64,000 nt of DNA. Source: an uncultured Candidatus Saccharibacteria bacterium. Its GTDB lineage: Bacteria; Patescibacteriota; WWE3; UBA101185; UBA10185. The notes beneath the pieces are model-generated. The model made no database searches and was not told the DNA's origin. It worked only from the letters and a program-made list of their open reading frames with translations. Below, piece by piece: positions 1 through 9,655 of this stretch. Each line of letters begins with the position of its first letter. The stretch's first letter is position 1. Position numbers and translations under genes: made by a program. The stretch covers positions 69,622 to 133,621 of the forward strand of contig CAZXUJ010000001.1 in assembly GCA_964643995.1 (NCBI GenBank). The letters are read 5' to 3'.

Positions 1-39
1 TGGCGCGATAACTGGTTCAAAGACAATATATATGAGGCT

Positions 40-2367
40 GTGGATTTCTCGAATAAGCCTAAGAAATACATTTTAGCTGAGCTCCCCTACCCCTCAGGTG
101 AATTTTTGCATTGTGGTCATATGATGCGATACACAGTACCTGAGATCTATTCTAGATTCTTAAGGATGCGCGGATACAATGTCTTGTTTCCTATGGGCTG
201 GGACTGTTTCGGATTGCCAGCAGAAACCTTTGCAATTAAGAAAAAAATCACACCTCAGGAGGCAATAGCACTTGCAATCAAAAACTTTAAATATTCATTG
301 CAAATGATGGGATATGCCTTTGACTGGGATCGTGAGTTAAGCACATCTGACCCAGAATTTTATAAATGGACACAGTGGATGTTTATAAAGCTGTGGAAAG
401 CAGGATTAGCACAATTGAAAGAAATGCCCGTCTGGTGGTGCGATGAGTTGGGAGTATTAGCTGACGAAGAAGTATTGCCCGATCCTAATGATAAAACTAA
501 AAAAGTTTCCGAGCGTGGTGGCTATCCCGTACGAAGAAAAATGTTTAAACAGTGGGTTTTGAAAATTACTGATTACGCAGATAGATTGCTAGCTGATCTA
601 GATAAAACTCAATATGAAGAGTCTGTAAAGCAGGGTCAGATTAATTGGATTGGTCGAAAGGATGGCGCAAATGTTTATTGGGAGGTTGCAGGACAAAACT
701 TAGTTACCTTTACTACACGTCCTGATACATTGTTTGGAGTGACATTTTTGGTGCTAGCCCCAGAACATCCAGCTGTACAATCACTACTTGATCAACTAGA
801 AAACCCCGAGGAGGTCAAAAAGTATATTGAGCAAGTTCAGAGTATGTCAGAGATGGAAAGACAGACTAACCGCAAAAAGACAGGCGTACAACTGAAAGGA
901 ATTTTTGCAAAGCACCCGCTAGATGAGGTTACTAGGGAAATTCCAGTTTATATTGCTGATTATGTGCTGCTTGATTTTGGGACAGGTGTTGTGCAAGGAG
1001 TTCCAGCGCACGATGAGAGAGATTTTGAATTTGCAAAGGCATTAGATATTGAAGTATTAGAAGTAATAGATTCAGATGGAATAATGATAAATTCTGGTAA
1101 CTATAATGGAAGTAACTCTACGGAGTTCGCGAGAATCATCACCGAAAGATTAAAGGATGAAACCAAAGGAGATGTTGCAAAGACCTATAAACTACGTGAT
1201 CAAATATTTTCAAGACAAAGGTACTGGGGGGAACCTATCCCGCTAATAAACAAGAAAGACGGAACATTAGAGCCTGTTAGTGAAAATGACTTACCAATTG
1301 AATTGCCTATAATGAAAGACTTTTTACCTTCTAGCGATGGGACAAGTCCACTAGAAAGGAACGTTGCATGGAACAAAACGACAGACAGCTCAGGCAATGA
1401 AGCAAAACGTGAAACAGATACTATGCCAACATGGGCAGGCTCAAACTGGTATTACATCAGATATATTGACCCTAAAAACAACGAAACTTTCTGCGATATG
1501 GAAAAGATGAAATATTGGTTACCTGTAGATGAATACTTTGGGACTGCGGCGCACACAACGGCTCATCTAATGTATACAAGATTTTGGTACAAAGCATTGT
1601 ATGATCAGGGACTAATGCCCTACGAAGAACCAATAGCTTCAAGAATGAGTGGTGGCATGTTACTAGGTCCCGATGGTCGTGCAATGTCAAAATCACGTGG
1701 AAACGTGATTGATCCGAAGATGGTATTTGATAACTATGGCGCGGATGCACTGAGAACCTACTTGGCATTTATTGGACCTTATGAAGACACCTATCCCTGG
1801 AGTGATACGAGCATAATGGCTTGTTATCGACTGATAAGAACAGTTTATGAACTGAATACTAAGGTTAAAGATGTTGAAGCAAATGAACAAACTAAGCGAG
1901 CTTACAATAAAATGATCAAAGAAATCACATCAATGATGACAGAAATGAAGATGAATACTTCAGTAAGTCAAATAATGATTTTTACTAATCATTTAAAAAC
2001 CCTAGAAGAAATCCCATCAGAAATATGGAAAGGGTTTTTAAAAGTCTTCGCACCTATCGCACCTTTCGTAACCGAGGAATTGTGGCAGAACGTAAACGGC
2101 TTTAAAGCTTGGAAGAAAGAAAATAGCATTCATTTGCAAGAATGGCCGACATACGATGATAAGTTTGCTACTGACTCAGAAGTCGAGCTACCTGTACAAA
2201 TAAATGGAAAAGTGAGAGCTAAGATAACAATACCAATAGGCAGTACAGAAGCAGAGGTCAAAGAATTAATACTACAAAATGAAAACGTTAAGAAACATAT
2301 CGAAGGCAAAGAAATAGTAAAACTGGTCTACGTACAAGATAAGATAATCAATATAGTACTTAGATAG
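40..2367 (+). CDS. leuS: Leucyl-tRNA synthetase (class I aaRS)
   Basis: 775-aa ORF. HIGH-region motif LPYPSGEFLHCGHMMRYT, leucyl signature PMGWDCFGLPAE, KMSKS motif GRAMSKSRGN, and a full-length editing-domain-sized insert. Confidence 0.93.
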   Translation: MDFSNKPKKYILAELPYPSGEFLHCGHMMRYTVPEIYSRFLRMRGYNVLFPMGWDCFGLPAETFAIKKKITPQEAIALAIKNFKYSLQMMGYAFDWDRELSTSDPEFYKWTQWMFIKLWKAGLAQLKEMPVWWCDELGVLADEEVLPDPNDKTKKVSERGGYPVRRKMFKQWVLKITDYADRLLADLDKTQYEESVKQGQINWIGRKDGANVYWEVAGQNLVTFTTRPDTLFGVTFLVLAPEHPAVQSLLDQLENPEEVKKYIEQVQSMSEMERQTNRKKTGVQLKGIFAKHPLDEVTREIPVYIADYVLLDFGTGVVQGVPAHDERDFEFAKALDIEVLEVIDSDGIMINSGNYNGSNSTEFARIITERLKDETKGDVAKTYKLRDQIFSRQRYWGEPIPLINKKDGTLEPVSENDLPIELPIMKDFLPSSDGTSPLERNVAWNKTTDSSGNEAKRETDTMPTWAGSNWYYIRYIDPKNNETFCDMEKMKYWLPVDEYFGTAAHTTAHLMYTRFWYKALYDQGLMPYEEPIASRMSGGMLLGPDGRAMSKSRGNVIDPKMVFDNYGADALRTYLAFIGPYEDTYPWSDTSIMACYRLIRTVYELNTKVKDVEANEQTKRAYNKMIKEITSMMTEMKMNTSVSQIMIFTNHLKTLEEIPSEIWKGFLKVFAPIAPFVTEELWQNVNGFKAWKKENSIHLQEWPTYDDKFATDSEVELPVQINGKVRAKITIPIGSTEAEVKELILQNENVKKHIEGKEIVKLVYVQDKIINIVLR

Positions 2368-2881
2368 TCCCCATCGTTAGAGTAAGTGAATAAGCAAAAA
2401 AAGTTAGATAAGCACCCAACACTACTGTTGCAATTATGCCAGGTATCAGACTTCCACTCTTAACAACACGCGTTCCAAACAATTCGTCGTGCCATGCTAA
2501 CTTATTTGGATTTTTTAGAACACGTAAATATCCGAGACCAAAAAAACCAACTGAAAATATGTAACCAGGAAACTGTCTATACAAAGCCGTTTTGAAGTCT
2601 AGCAATGAATCATCTCTGGAATTCAAAATTTTTAGTCCAAACAGTAATTTGCCAAGATCGCCCCCGAAATGGCTTACAAAATAAATCAAATAGGTCGTGT
2701 AAAAAACACATGAAAACATGTATAAGCTAGCAGTTAGAATTCCTACTTGAAGCAAGTTGGTACTTTCTGTTATTACAGCAATAAATAATGGGACGGACAG
2801 TAGGGAGAAATAGATAAGTATATTTAAAAATGTGGCTAAAAGTCTTGTAAAAAAACCTGCATTTACCTTAGTTTGTTCCAT
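2360..2881 (-). CDS. RDD-family integral membrane protein
   Basis: 173 aa with 3-4 TM segments and a C-terminal LAWHDELFGTRVV motif typical of the RDD family. Convergent 8-nt overlap with the leuS stop. Confidence 0.55.
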   Translation of the reverse strand: MEQTKVNAGFFTRLLATFLNILIYFSLLSVPLFIAVITESTNLLQVGILTASLYMFSCVFYTTYLIYFVSHFGGDLGKLLFGLKILNSRDDSLLDFKTALYRQFPGYIFSVGFFGLGYLRVLKNPNKLAWHDELFGTRVVKSGSLIPGIIATVVLGAYLTFFAYSLTLTMGTI

Positions 2882-3875
2882 TTGGTTGATCTCCTTGCGT
2901 CATAAAATTAAAAAACATACTCCAAGTAAAATTTTTATACGTAGTTAAGTAGGCACCGACTGCCATAAAAACTTCAATTAAAGCGAAAAGCAAAGGAATT
3001 AAAAGTAAAATTAAAGCAACAACCAATCCCTGGCTCATATTCTCAAAATTTATAAACGATCTCGGTAAAATGAAACTCAACAGGACGCTTACAAACATTC
3101 CTAGGGTTACAAGCATCAATGTGGACACTACAAGACAGTTTGTTATTGCTAAAACAAACACTTTTACTATATTATTTACAAACATTTTCAAGCCTGCCTT
3201 GATAGCATCAAAAGCACCTTCACCCTTTAGAGCAATGTAACGTAATGTAAAGTTGTTACCTAAGGATAAAACAAGTAAAAAGATAAATATTGGTAGTAAC
3301 AAAAGCATGGCAACAGCAAGCAGTGTAGATGTTTCAGCAAGTAAAGCAGAAAGTCCAGCAGCTACAGAGACTATTAATATAACAGCACCGGCAGTGACAA
3401 ATAGCAGTCTATAACGAACAATTTCACGGAGCGACTTACGACCGTAACTACCTAAATCATTGAGGGAGTAACTTCTATCACTTATAGCATCGTTCATGCC
3501 ACCAAGAAATGCTCCATATGCCCAGCTCTGTGTAAATAAGCTTACAGATATTGAGAATACTATAAAAATTATTAAAGCAATGCTAAACAAAATTCTATTG
3601 CCTGTGCTGATAGATGCTATTGCTTTGGAAACGTATGAGAAGTCAGGACGCATATCAGTTTCTCCAAGAACCATACCGACTAGATTTGCAGGTTTAGTTT
3701 TCTGCTTTTGATATTGGTACTGATTTTGATGTTCATTACTAGAGTTAGTATTCGAAGAGCCTCCTACAAAATTAAATGACCCCATAGAACCAAGCATAAG
3801 CGCTAATACCCAAAGCATTTTATGTTTCCATGCTAGTTTTAAAGATTTTGACACTATATCGGATAAGTTATACAT
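2868..3875 (-). CDS. Hypothetical polytopic membrane protein
   Basis: 335 aa with a signal/TM N-terminus, a Q/N-rich linker and about 8 hydrophobic helices. No recognisable catalytic motif. Confidence 0.45.
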   Translation of the reverse strand: MYNLSDIVSKSLKLAWKHKMLWVLALMLGSMGSFNFVGGSSNTNSSNEHQNQYQYQKQKTKPANLVGMVLGETDMRPDFSYVSKAIASISTGNRILFSIALIIFIVFSISVSLFTQSWAYGAFLGGMNDAISDRSYSLNDLGSYGRKSLREIVRYRLLFVTAGAVILIVSVAAGLSALLAETSTLLAVAMLLLLPIFIFLLVLSLGNNFTLRYIALKGEGAFDAIKAGLKMFVNNIVKVFVLAITNCLVVSTLMLVTLGMFVSVLLSFILPRSFINFENMSQGLVVALILLLIPLLFALIEVFMAVGAYLTTYKNFTWSMFFNFMTQGDQPNGTN

Positions 3876-3941
3876 CTGGAATTAAGTATATAGCGTAACA
3901 GATTTAATTTGCAATTAATTTATGTAATGTATACTTTTTGA

Positions 3942-4445
3942 ATGAGGCATCGAACATTTGCAATCGTACTTGGGTCATTAATATTTTTACTGTTTGGGCT
4001 GCTTGAACAGAATAGTGCAAGCAATCTTGAGGAGTACACGGTAGTTGATGTTGTTGATGGAGATACAATAAAGGTACAACAAAGCAATAAAGAGGTTACA
4101 ACAGTACGTCTGATAGGTATAGACACCCCAGAAACCAGTCATCCAAGCAAACCAGTACAATGTTTCGGCAAGGAAGCAACAGAAAAGTTGACGGCCATGG
4201 TGCTAAACAAAACAGTCACACTTGAAAAGGACTCGTCAGAGGTTGATCGTTACGGAAGACAACTTCGATATGTTTATTTCGATGGAGCATTTGTTAATGA
4301 AAAAATGGTACGGGAGGGATACGCTTTGGAATCAGCCTTTGAACCAGACACTAAGTACAAAGACCTATTCAAAGCTGCCGAAGACTATGCCATGGAAAAT
4401 AAAGAAGGTCTTTGGAGTGAAGACACCTGCAACGGTGAGTTATGA
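3942..4445 (+). CDS. Secreted thermonuclease (staphylococcal nuclease-like, SNase fold)
   Basis: Signal peptide followed by DGDTIKV...RLIGIDTPET...RYGRQLRYVY...NEKMVREGYA, which matches SNase catalytic and Ca-binding motifs. Confidence 0.8.
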   Translation: MRHRTFAIVLGSLIFLLFGLLEQNSASNLEEYTVVDVVDGDTIKVQQSNKEVTTVRLIGIDTPETSHPSKPVQCFGKEATEKLTAMVLNKTVTLEKDSSEVDRYGRQLRYVYFDGAFVNEKMVREGYALESAFEPDTKYKDLFKAAEDYAMENKEGLWSEDTCNGEL

Positions 4446-4446
4446 A

Positions 4447-5016
4447 TCAGAAAAGAGATGATTCGTAACGTTTAAGTCTACGTCGTAAGTATTTATATGT
4501 AGGCACTGTTTCACCGACTAAGTCCCAAAATCGTTGCGAATGGTTCATTTCCTTAAGATGACATAGTTCGTGTACAAAAATGTAATCTTGCAGAGCTTCT
4601 TCCAAGTATATTATGCGATAATTAAAACTAAGAGTCCCAGTGTTGGAGCAACTTCCCCATCGAGAGCTTTGATCTCGTACAGTTATTTTCTCATACTTGA
4701 ATTGATAATGCGCATTGAAATATGCCAATCTTTCTTTGGCTAAACGTATAACAGATGCCTTCGCCTCAAGGTATTTTTTACGGTGTATAGTGGGTGTTTT
4801 CCCATCCAAATTCAATTTGTCGAGCTGAGATTGGATCCACAATGTATTTTTGGCAACAAAGCTTTCATAAAAGCTTTCAGAAGTTCTACTAGGAACCGTC
4901 AAAGTTACAACACCTAAAGATGAGACCCTAAGCAACAACTTTTTAGCACGAGGGTTAGCGGTCACTGTGTATCTTAAATATGTATTATTGTTACTTAACA
5001 ATATTTTTTTCTCCAT
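4447..5016 (-). CDS. YgjP-like metal-dependent hydrolase (DUF45 / WLM-SprT-like HExxH)
   Basis: 189 aa with the C-terminal motif FVHELCHLKEMNHSQRFWDLV characteristic of the YgjP/DUF45 family. Confidence 0.7.
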   Translation of the reverse strand: MEKKILLSNNNTYLRYTVTANPRAKKLLLRVSSLGVVTLTVPSRTSESFYESFVAKNTLWIQSQLDKLNLDGKTPTIHRKKYLEAKASVIRLAKERLAYFNAHYQFKYEKITVRDQSSRWGSCSNTGTLSFNYRIIYLEEALQDYIFVHELCHLKEMNHSQRFWDLVGETVPTYKYLRRRLKRYESSLF

Positions 5017-5044
5017 AACAAAAAAGGTCCGGACTAGCCGGACC
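5017..5044 (-). terminator. Rho-independent terminator downstream of the hsp20 gene
   Basis: Hairpin GGTCCGG-actag-CCGGACC (5026-5044) followed on the minus strand by a T-run (A-run 5017-5025 on the plus strand). It lies immediately 3' of the hsp20 stop. Confidence 0.6.
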
Positions 5045-5064
5045 TTACCGTAAGTAATTCAATA

Positions 5065-5481
5065 TTAACTTTTTTTCTTGACAGAGATCTTCTTTGGAAG
5101 ATCTTCATCTGTCTTGGGAACTGTTACGCGAACGATACCATCCTGAACCTCAGCTTCGGCCTTCGAGGCTTGCACGCTTCTTGGTAAGCTTGTTGAGTAT
5201 GTAAAGGATGTTTGACGTGAACTTTTGTATACCACTTTCTTCTTATCTTTTTCCTCCTGGGACTCATCGTGTGACGCACTTATAGTTAAAATATTGCCCT
5301 CAACAGTTACTGCTACCTTTTCTTCGGGAACACCTGGGACCGCTGCTTCTACTACGACAGCATTCTCAGTTTCATATACATCCATCTGAGAACTATCTGA
5401 TAGATCAGGCCACCTAAAAACGTCGTCATCAAAGAAAGACGGCCAAACTGGATACTGTTGCTTCCACTTAATTAAAGCCAT
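5065..5481 (-). CDS. Small heat-shock protein, Hsp20/alpha-crystallin family
   Basis: 138 aa with the alpha-crystallin domain pattern MDVYETENAVVVEAAVPGVPEEKVAVTVEGNILTISA. Confidence 0.85.
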   Translation of the reverse strand: MALIKWKQQYPVWPSFFDDDVFRWPDLSDSSQMDVYETENAVVVEAAVPGVPEEKVAVTVEGNILTISASHDESQEEKDKKKVVYKSSRQTSFTYSTSLPRSVQASKAEAEVQDGIVRVTVPKTDEDLPKKISVKKKS

Positions 5482-5522
5482 AAATAGCCTCCTTTAGTTG
5501 AAATAGATACTAATAGTAACTA

Positions 5523-5549
5523 TTATCAGTCTAGTTAACGGAGTGCTAG
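5523..5549. promoter_or_regulatory. Imperfect CIRCE-like inverted repeat upstream of hsp20
   Basis: TTATCAGTC-N9-GAGTGCTAG; read in the hsp20 transcription direction this is cTAGCACTC-N9-GActGaTAA against the CIRCE consensus TTAGCACTC-N9-GAGTGCTAA (8/9 and 7/9). It sits between hsp20 and galU. Confidence 0.25.
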
Positions 5550-5573
5550 ATGTCAATATGACAATGTATGAAA

Positions 5574-6488
5574 TCAGATTAATAACTCATTGTTAATAAA
5601 GTCGGTTAATTTATCTTTTAAATCCTCTCTCTCCATGGCAAATTTGAGCGATGTCATAAGATAATTTAAAGGGTCTCCTGTTGTTAACCACTCACCTTTA
5701 ATTGGTGGTGCAATTACCTCATTGCCCATTTTTATCAAGTCTGTAATCGCATCAGTTAGCCACAACTCATCATCATTTCCTGTGTGAGCATTTTCAATGT
5801 AATCTACGATGTCATAGTTGAATATGAATCTACCAAACTGGGCCTTGTTGGATGGGGCTTTGTCTCTAGGATATTTTTCACATATTTCAGCTACAGAATA
5901 TGGGTATTCCGATCCTTCTTTGTATCGAACCTGGCCATAGCGGTCGATAACGTCCCACGAAACCTCCTGCACACCCAATACTACCGATGGGCTACGTTCG
6001 TCGAAAGCGTTCATAAGCTGCTTGGTTACAGGGACACCGTTCGACAAGGTCATATCGTCACCAAACATATAGACAAAGGCTTCATCATCATCAATTAAAT
6101 CTTTAACTGCTAAAAGCGGTGATGCATTTCCGTATGGCAAATGATTCTTTTGTCTTACATATATGAAATTGGCCATTTGTGGTATTTGCTGAACTATCTC
6201 AAGATATTTAAGTTTGTTGTGATCTTTAAGATACTGTTCAAGCTCAGAGCGATTATCAAAATAGTCTTCCATGATGTGATTACCTGCACGAGTAACCAAG
6301 ATGATATCGGAAATACCGGAATTAACTGCTTCTTCTACTAAGTAGTGAATAATTGGTTTGTCTATAATGGGTAACATTTCCTTGGGTTGGTTTTTGGTAG
6401 CAGGTAAAAATCTTGTTCCTGTGCCAGCGGCGGCTATAACTGCTTTGGTAATTTTTCCTTTTTGACTCATGGTATCCTTTCTTTTCAA
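5574..6488 (-). CDS. galU: UTP-glucose-1-phosphate uridylyltransferase
   Basis: KAVIAAAGTGTRFLPATKNQPKEMLPIIDKPIIHYLVEEA matches the GalU N-terminal nucleotidyltransferase signature. Confidence 0.88.
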   Translation of the reverse strand: MKRKDTMSQKGKITKAVIAAAGTGTRFLPATKNQPKEMLPIIDKPIIHYLVEEAVNSGISDIILVTRAGNHIMEDYFDNRSELEQYLKDHNKLKYLEIVQQIPQMANFIYVRQKNHLPYGNASPLLAVKDLIDDDEAFVYMFGDDMTLSNGVPVTKQLMNAFDERSPSVVLGVQEVSWDVIDRYGQVRYKEGSEYPYSVAEICEKYPRDKAPSNKAQFGRFIFNYDIVDYIENAHTGNDDELWLTDAITDLIKMGNEVIAPPIKGEWLTTGDPLNYLMTSLKFAMEREDLKDKLTDFINNELLI

Positions 6489-6509
6489 ATTAGACGAAAA
6501 GTAAGAACA

Positions 6510-6896
6510 TCATAATACTTTTTGGGATATTTGTACATCAATGGTATATGGTCTTAAGTTTCGTCCTTTTGGAATCATCAGGTAGGATACACATCCTACG
6601 ATGAACAAACCAAGTTGCAAGCCGCAACTTGACCCATGCATGTAGGAAAATCTGCGGATTATGTATTCAATCCACCGACCGGTGCCAATCCAGGGGAAAG
6701 CAAATGCTGACATATAAATTGTGTTAGCACGAGACATTACAAAGAAACAAAAACCCCAAATTCCAGACAAGACAGCTAGGAACTGATCAAGAAACAACGA
6801 GTCGGAGACATTTCTCCAAATCAGTAACCACACTATCGCGGCAATTGTTCCCATAGTCAATTCAATTACTCGAGCCATTAAAGGCTTTGTCGACAT
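6510..6896 (-). CDS. Hypothetical small membrane protein
   Basis: 128 aa with 3-4 TM helices. No motif recognised. Confidence 0.4.
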   Translation of the reverse strand: MSTKPLMARVIELTMGTIAAIVWLLIWRNVSDSLFLDQFLAVLSGIWGFCFFVMSRANTIYMSAFAFPWIGTGRWIEYIIRRFSYMHGSSCGLQLGLFIVGCVSYLMIPKGRNLRPYTIDVQISQKVL

Positions 6897-6994
6897 AACA
6901 TTCTCCTTAGAACAAACCCTTTAGGGTACGATATATCCATTATTATGCTATAGGATACCTAGGTTGCCAATTTAGATTGACCGCTGCGAAAATT

Positions 6995-8308
6995 TCAAAG
7001 TAGTTGAGTAGCTAAATAAAGCGCTGTAGAAACAAGTAGCACAGAGGATATTAATCCTGAGTAGTCTGAAAACCAGGTGATTTTTTTGTTTATGGTTGTT
7101 TTGAATTTGTAAAACAAAAGCATAAAGCAAAGCAAAACCAGGTATATTCCACTTGCAAAAGCAACAAGAACTGGAATTAGAAGCCACAAATAACCTGTTG
7201 ATATTACTATAAAAAGTATTGTCCAGCCCATCAGACATGGGGATAACCCCTCAAAAAAAGCTAACATAAACTTCTCTCGGGAGCTTGGGTAACTTGTGTA
7301 ATCATGGTTATGATCATGGTGGTGTTCGTTATGAAGGCTATGCTCTAAGCGATGTTTCATAAAGTGGGACAATTCCTTTAGCAGTTGCCAGAAAGATACA
7401 AAAACCATTGAATAAATTGCAAAAATCTGAATTTGACCCGCAAGTGTGTATATATCCCTGAATGAGTTTAGAATTAATAAGAAGGTGCCTATAACAATAA
7501 GATCTGACATATGCGTAAGCGTAAACAGGGAAGTGAAAACAAGGCCATCCCTAAGGGAAGTTCGCTTATCAACCATAAATGATGCGAGTATTACTTTACT
7601 ATGACCTCCTTCCAAAGCATGCAAACCACCCACTACCATGGCAATGAGTAATATAAGGATTAATGAGCGCAAGGTGGTTTCTTCGACCCTAGATTTAAAA
7701 GTTTCCACTAAAACGTTATTGATAGAACTCCTCGAGGTTTCGTCTGCTTTAACCGAGGCATCAATGTTTACACTGCTAAACGCTAGGGTGCTATCGATAC
7801 CAGACAAGACTCCCCCCTTGATAGCAGTTGCAGTACCATCCTTAGTTAGTTTTGAAATAGTTACATAATTCTGAGTTGGCGTAAATTCATTAAATAAATC
7901 TATATTTAATACGCCATGTGTAACATCTGCAACGCAACTATAGGTACCTATCAAAAATATGTCAGTAGATTCCTTCGATGTTCTTTGCATTGAAAGGTCT
8001 TTGTTTATAGATAGTGTGCAAACTTTGTCATCTACACTCAAAATAGATTTTTGCTTAACATATGAATCCAAAGTATTAAAGTGAAAATCTAGAAATGACA
8101 TGAGGTTGTCCTCGTTTGCTACAGCATCAACCAAAACATTAAGTTGTACCCAGTTCAATGCAATCGTAATTTCAGCTGACTTAGCGGGGGTATCTGCAAG
8201 AACTAATGTTGTTGATGTTGAGTTAGAAGGATGTGCCAATACAACACCAGAAGCTGAAAAAAAGAGGAAAAAAGATATAATTACCAATATAAACTTGTTG
8301 ATAGACAT
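6995..8308 (-). CDS. NicO/RcnA-like Ni/Co transporter fused to an N-terminal secreted domain
   Basis: Signal peptide and a 200-aa extracytoplasmic domain, then a TM core with GGLHALEGGHSK (NicO family GxxHAxxPGHGK motif) and a His-rich loop HNEHHHDHNHD. Confidence 0.55.
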   Translation of the reverse strand: MSINKFILVIISFFLFFSASGVVLAHPSNSTSTTLVLADTPAKSAEITIALNWVQLNVLVDAVANEDNLMSFLDFHFNTLDSYVKQKSILSVDDKVCTLSINKDLSMQRTSKESTDIFLIGTYSCVADVTHGVLNIDLFNEFTPTQNYVTISKLTKDGTATAIKGGVLSGIDSTLAFSSVNIDASVKADETSRSSINNVLVETFKSRVEETTLRSLILILLIAMVVGGLHALEGGHSKVILASFMVDKRTSLRDGLVFTSLFTLTHMSDLIVIGTFLLILNSFRDIYTLAGQIQIFAIYSMVFVSFWQLLKELSHFMKHRLEHSLHNEHHHDHNHDYTSYPSSREKFMLAFFEGLSPCLMGWTILFIVISTGYLWLLIPVLVAFASGIYLVLLCFMLLFYKFKTTINKKITWFSDYSGLISSVLLVSTALYLATQLL

Positions 8309-8310
8309 AA

Positions 8311-9123
8311 TTAGGCAATACTAAACTCTTTGACAAGGCTTTTCTCTTGCTCAGTATGAATTAGAGCTTTGACAGAGATATATTTTTCTAAACCCGAACC
8401 CTTAAGTTTTTTCTTTAGTAGTTCGTCAATTTGAAAAATACCTACGGAATTGTTCATTGTTACATTTACCTGAATAGGTTTCACATCCCCCGTCTTAATC
8501 TCAACATTCTCGATTGCTGCTTCGGACAGCGAGTGTATGTCGATTATGCCACCTTCAAATGATACTTTGGAACGGCCCTCGTTCATATCTAATGCATCAG
8601 CTACACGAACTATACCAGCCTCTATGGTATATGGAGTACCGCCTTTTCTGTGACTAATTATTGCATGTAGTGTGTCAGAAATTATTATGGTGCGTTCTAT
8701 TTCAGGTAGAAAATCCAGGATATTGTGCATTACCCTGTCTGCTATTGCTAAGCTGAATTCTTCATGACCCTCTCTGCTAATTGTTATACCAAGATCATGG
8801 AACAAACTAGCCAAGAATATTACTAGTTCACCATGTTCATAAGTTAAACCAAAGTCACCTTCAACGGATAAATCAACACCTGATTTCTTAAGAATTCTAG
8901 TTAGACGCAAAGCAATATTAGCTACTATTTGAAAATGTATAGGGCCATGGTCAGTCATTTTGAGTCGATCAACAGCGTTTGTATTGCTAACTAACCACAA
9001 AGTTTTTATCTCCTCGCTGTTATTTATTGCCTCTAGCGCCTGTTTGACTAAACTATTGTGTTCGGTTGGAACTGATATTTTTACGTTTTTTACTTCTTCG
9101 TGCATGTTTCTCTTATTTATCAT
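8311..9123 (-). CDS. HD-domain phosphohydrolase
   Basis: H...HGPIHFQIVA, FHDLG and VADALD motifs in HD-superfamily order. Confidence 0.6.
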   Translation of the reverse strand: MINKRNMHEEVKNVKISVPTEHNSLVKQALEAINNSEEIKTLWLVSNTNAVDRLKMTDHGPIHFQIVANIALRLTRILKKSGVDLSVEGDFGLTYEHGELVIFLASLFHDLGITISREGHEEFSLAIADRVMHNILDFLPEIERTIIISDTLHAIISHRKGGTPYTIEAGIVRVADALDMNEGRSKVSFEGGIIDIHSLSEAAIENVEIKTGDVKPIQVNVTMNNSVGIFQIDELLKKKLKGSGLEKYISVKALIHTEQEKSLVKEFSIA

Positions 9124-9655
9124 CGTGGCAATTATACACTATACTTTTATTGTGGTTATATTCAGAGATCAGAGTTTGTTTGAGTTTCATGAAGCCAGAG
9201 ATTCTGGAGTCACGCGAATATCTAGAGGGAAGTTTATAATTTCGAATTTTATACTGAGTGTTGTATTTTTGGCAATCACAACTGCATTTTTAAAAAACTT
9301 TTATTATGTTGATCTGGCAAACACATGCATTATAAAAACCAAATACTCAATACATACAGAAAACAAAACTCATATACATCAGGCAATTAAGACTATCAGA
9401 ACAACAATGCCAAGTGATTACAAAACTCTTTGCAATTATGTCACTAACATAACCGAAACTAACTGTATTGTCGCCAATGAAACAGGACCTATCATCACAT
9501 ATGCTGATAGCGTAGGTTGCTATATCAAAGGCACAAAGACTGTCTTTATTCAACCTTTAACTACCTCACAAACAAAACCAGACAATGAGGAAATTGCTGA
9601 GAATCTAGCGAGATATTCTAGATATAGCGAAGAATTCTGGCTCAATATACAGTAA
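9104..9655 (+). CDS. Hypothetical membrane-anchored protein, paralog of the 9642-10085 ORF (no HExxH)
   Basis: The ORF track gives 8960-9655. The first in-frame ATG that does not run deep into the upstream divergent gene is at 9104. A TM segment precedes an NFYYVDL...P.DY..CN.V block shared with the convergent neighbour. The start is uncertain. Confidence 0.4.
   Translation: MFLLFIIVAIIHYTFIVVIFRDQSLFEFHEARDSGVTRISRGKFIISNFILSVVFLAITTAFLKNFYYVDLANTCIIKTKYSIHTENKTHIHQAIKTIRTTMPSDYKTLCNYVTNITETNCIVANETGPIITYADSVGCYIKGTKTVFIQPLTTSQTKPDNEEIAENLARYSRYSEEFWLNIQ

Noticed and set aside
6972-7238. 88-aa minus-strand ORF nested at the 3' end of the NicO-like gene
   Set aside because: It is a same-strand, different-frame overlap entirely inside a longer ORF with a coherent TM topology, so it is spurious.
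8960-9103. Upstream extension of the plus-strand paralog to ATG 8960
   Set aside because: It would overlap 164 nt of the divergent HD-domain gene and encodes low-complexity hydrophobic sequence. The ATG at 9104 gives a protein colinear with its paralog. The start remains uncertain.
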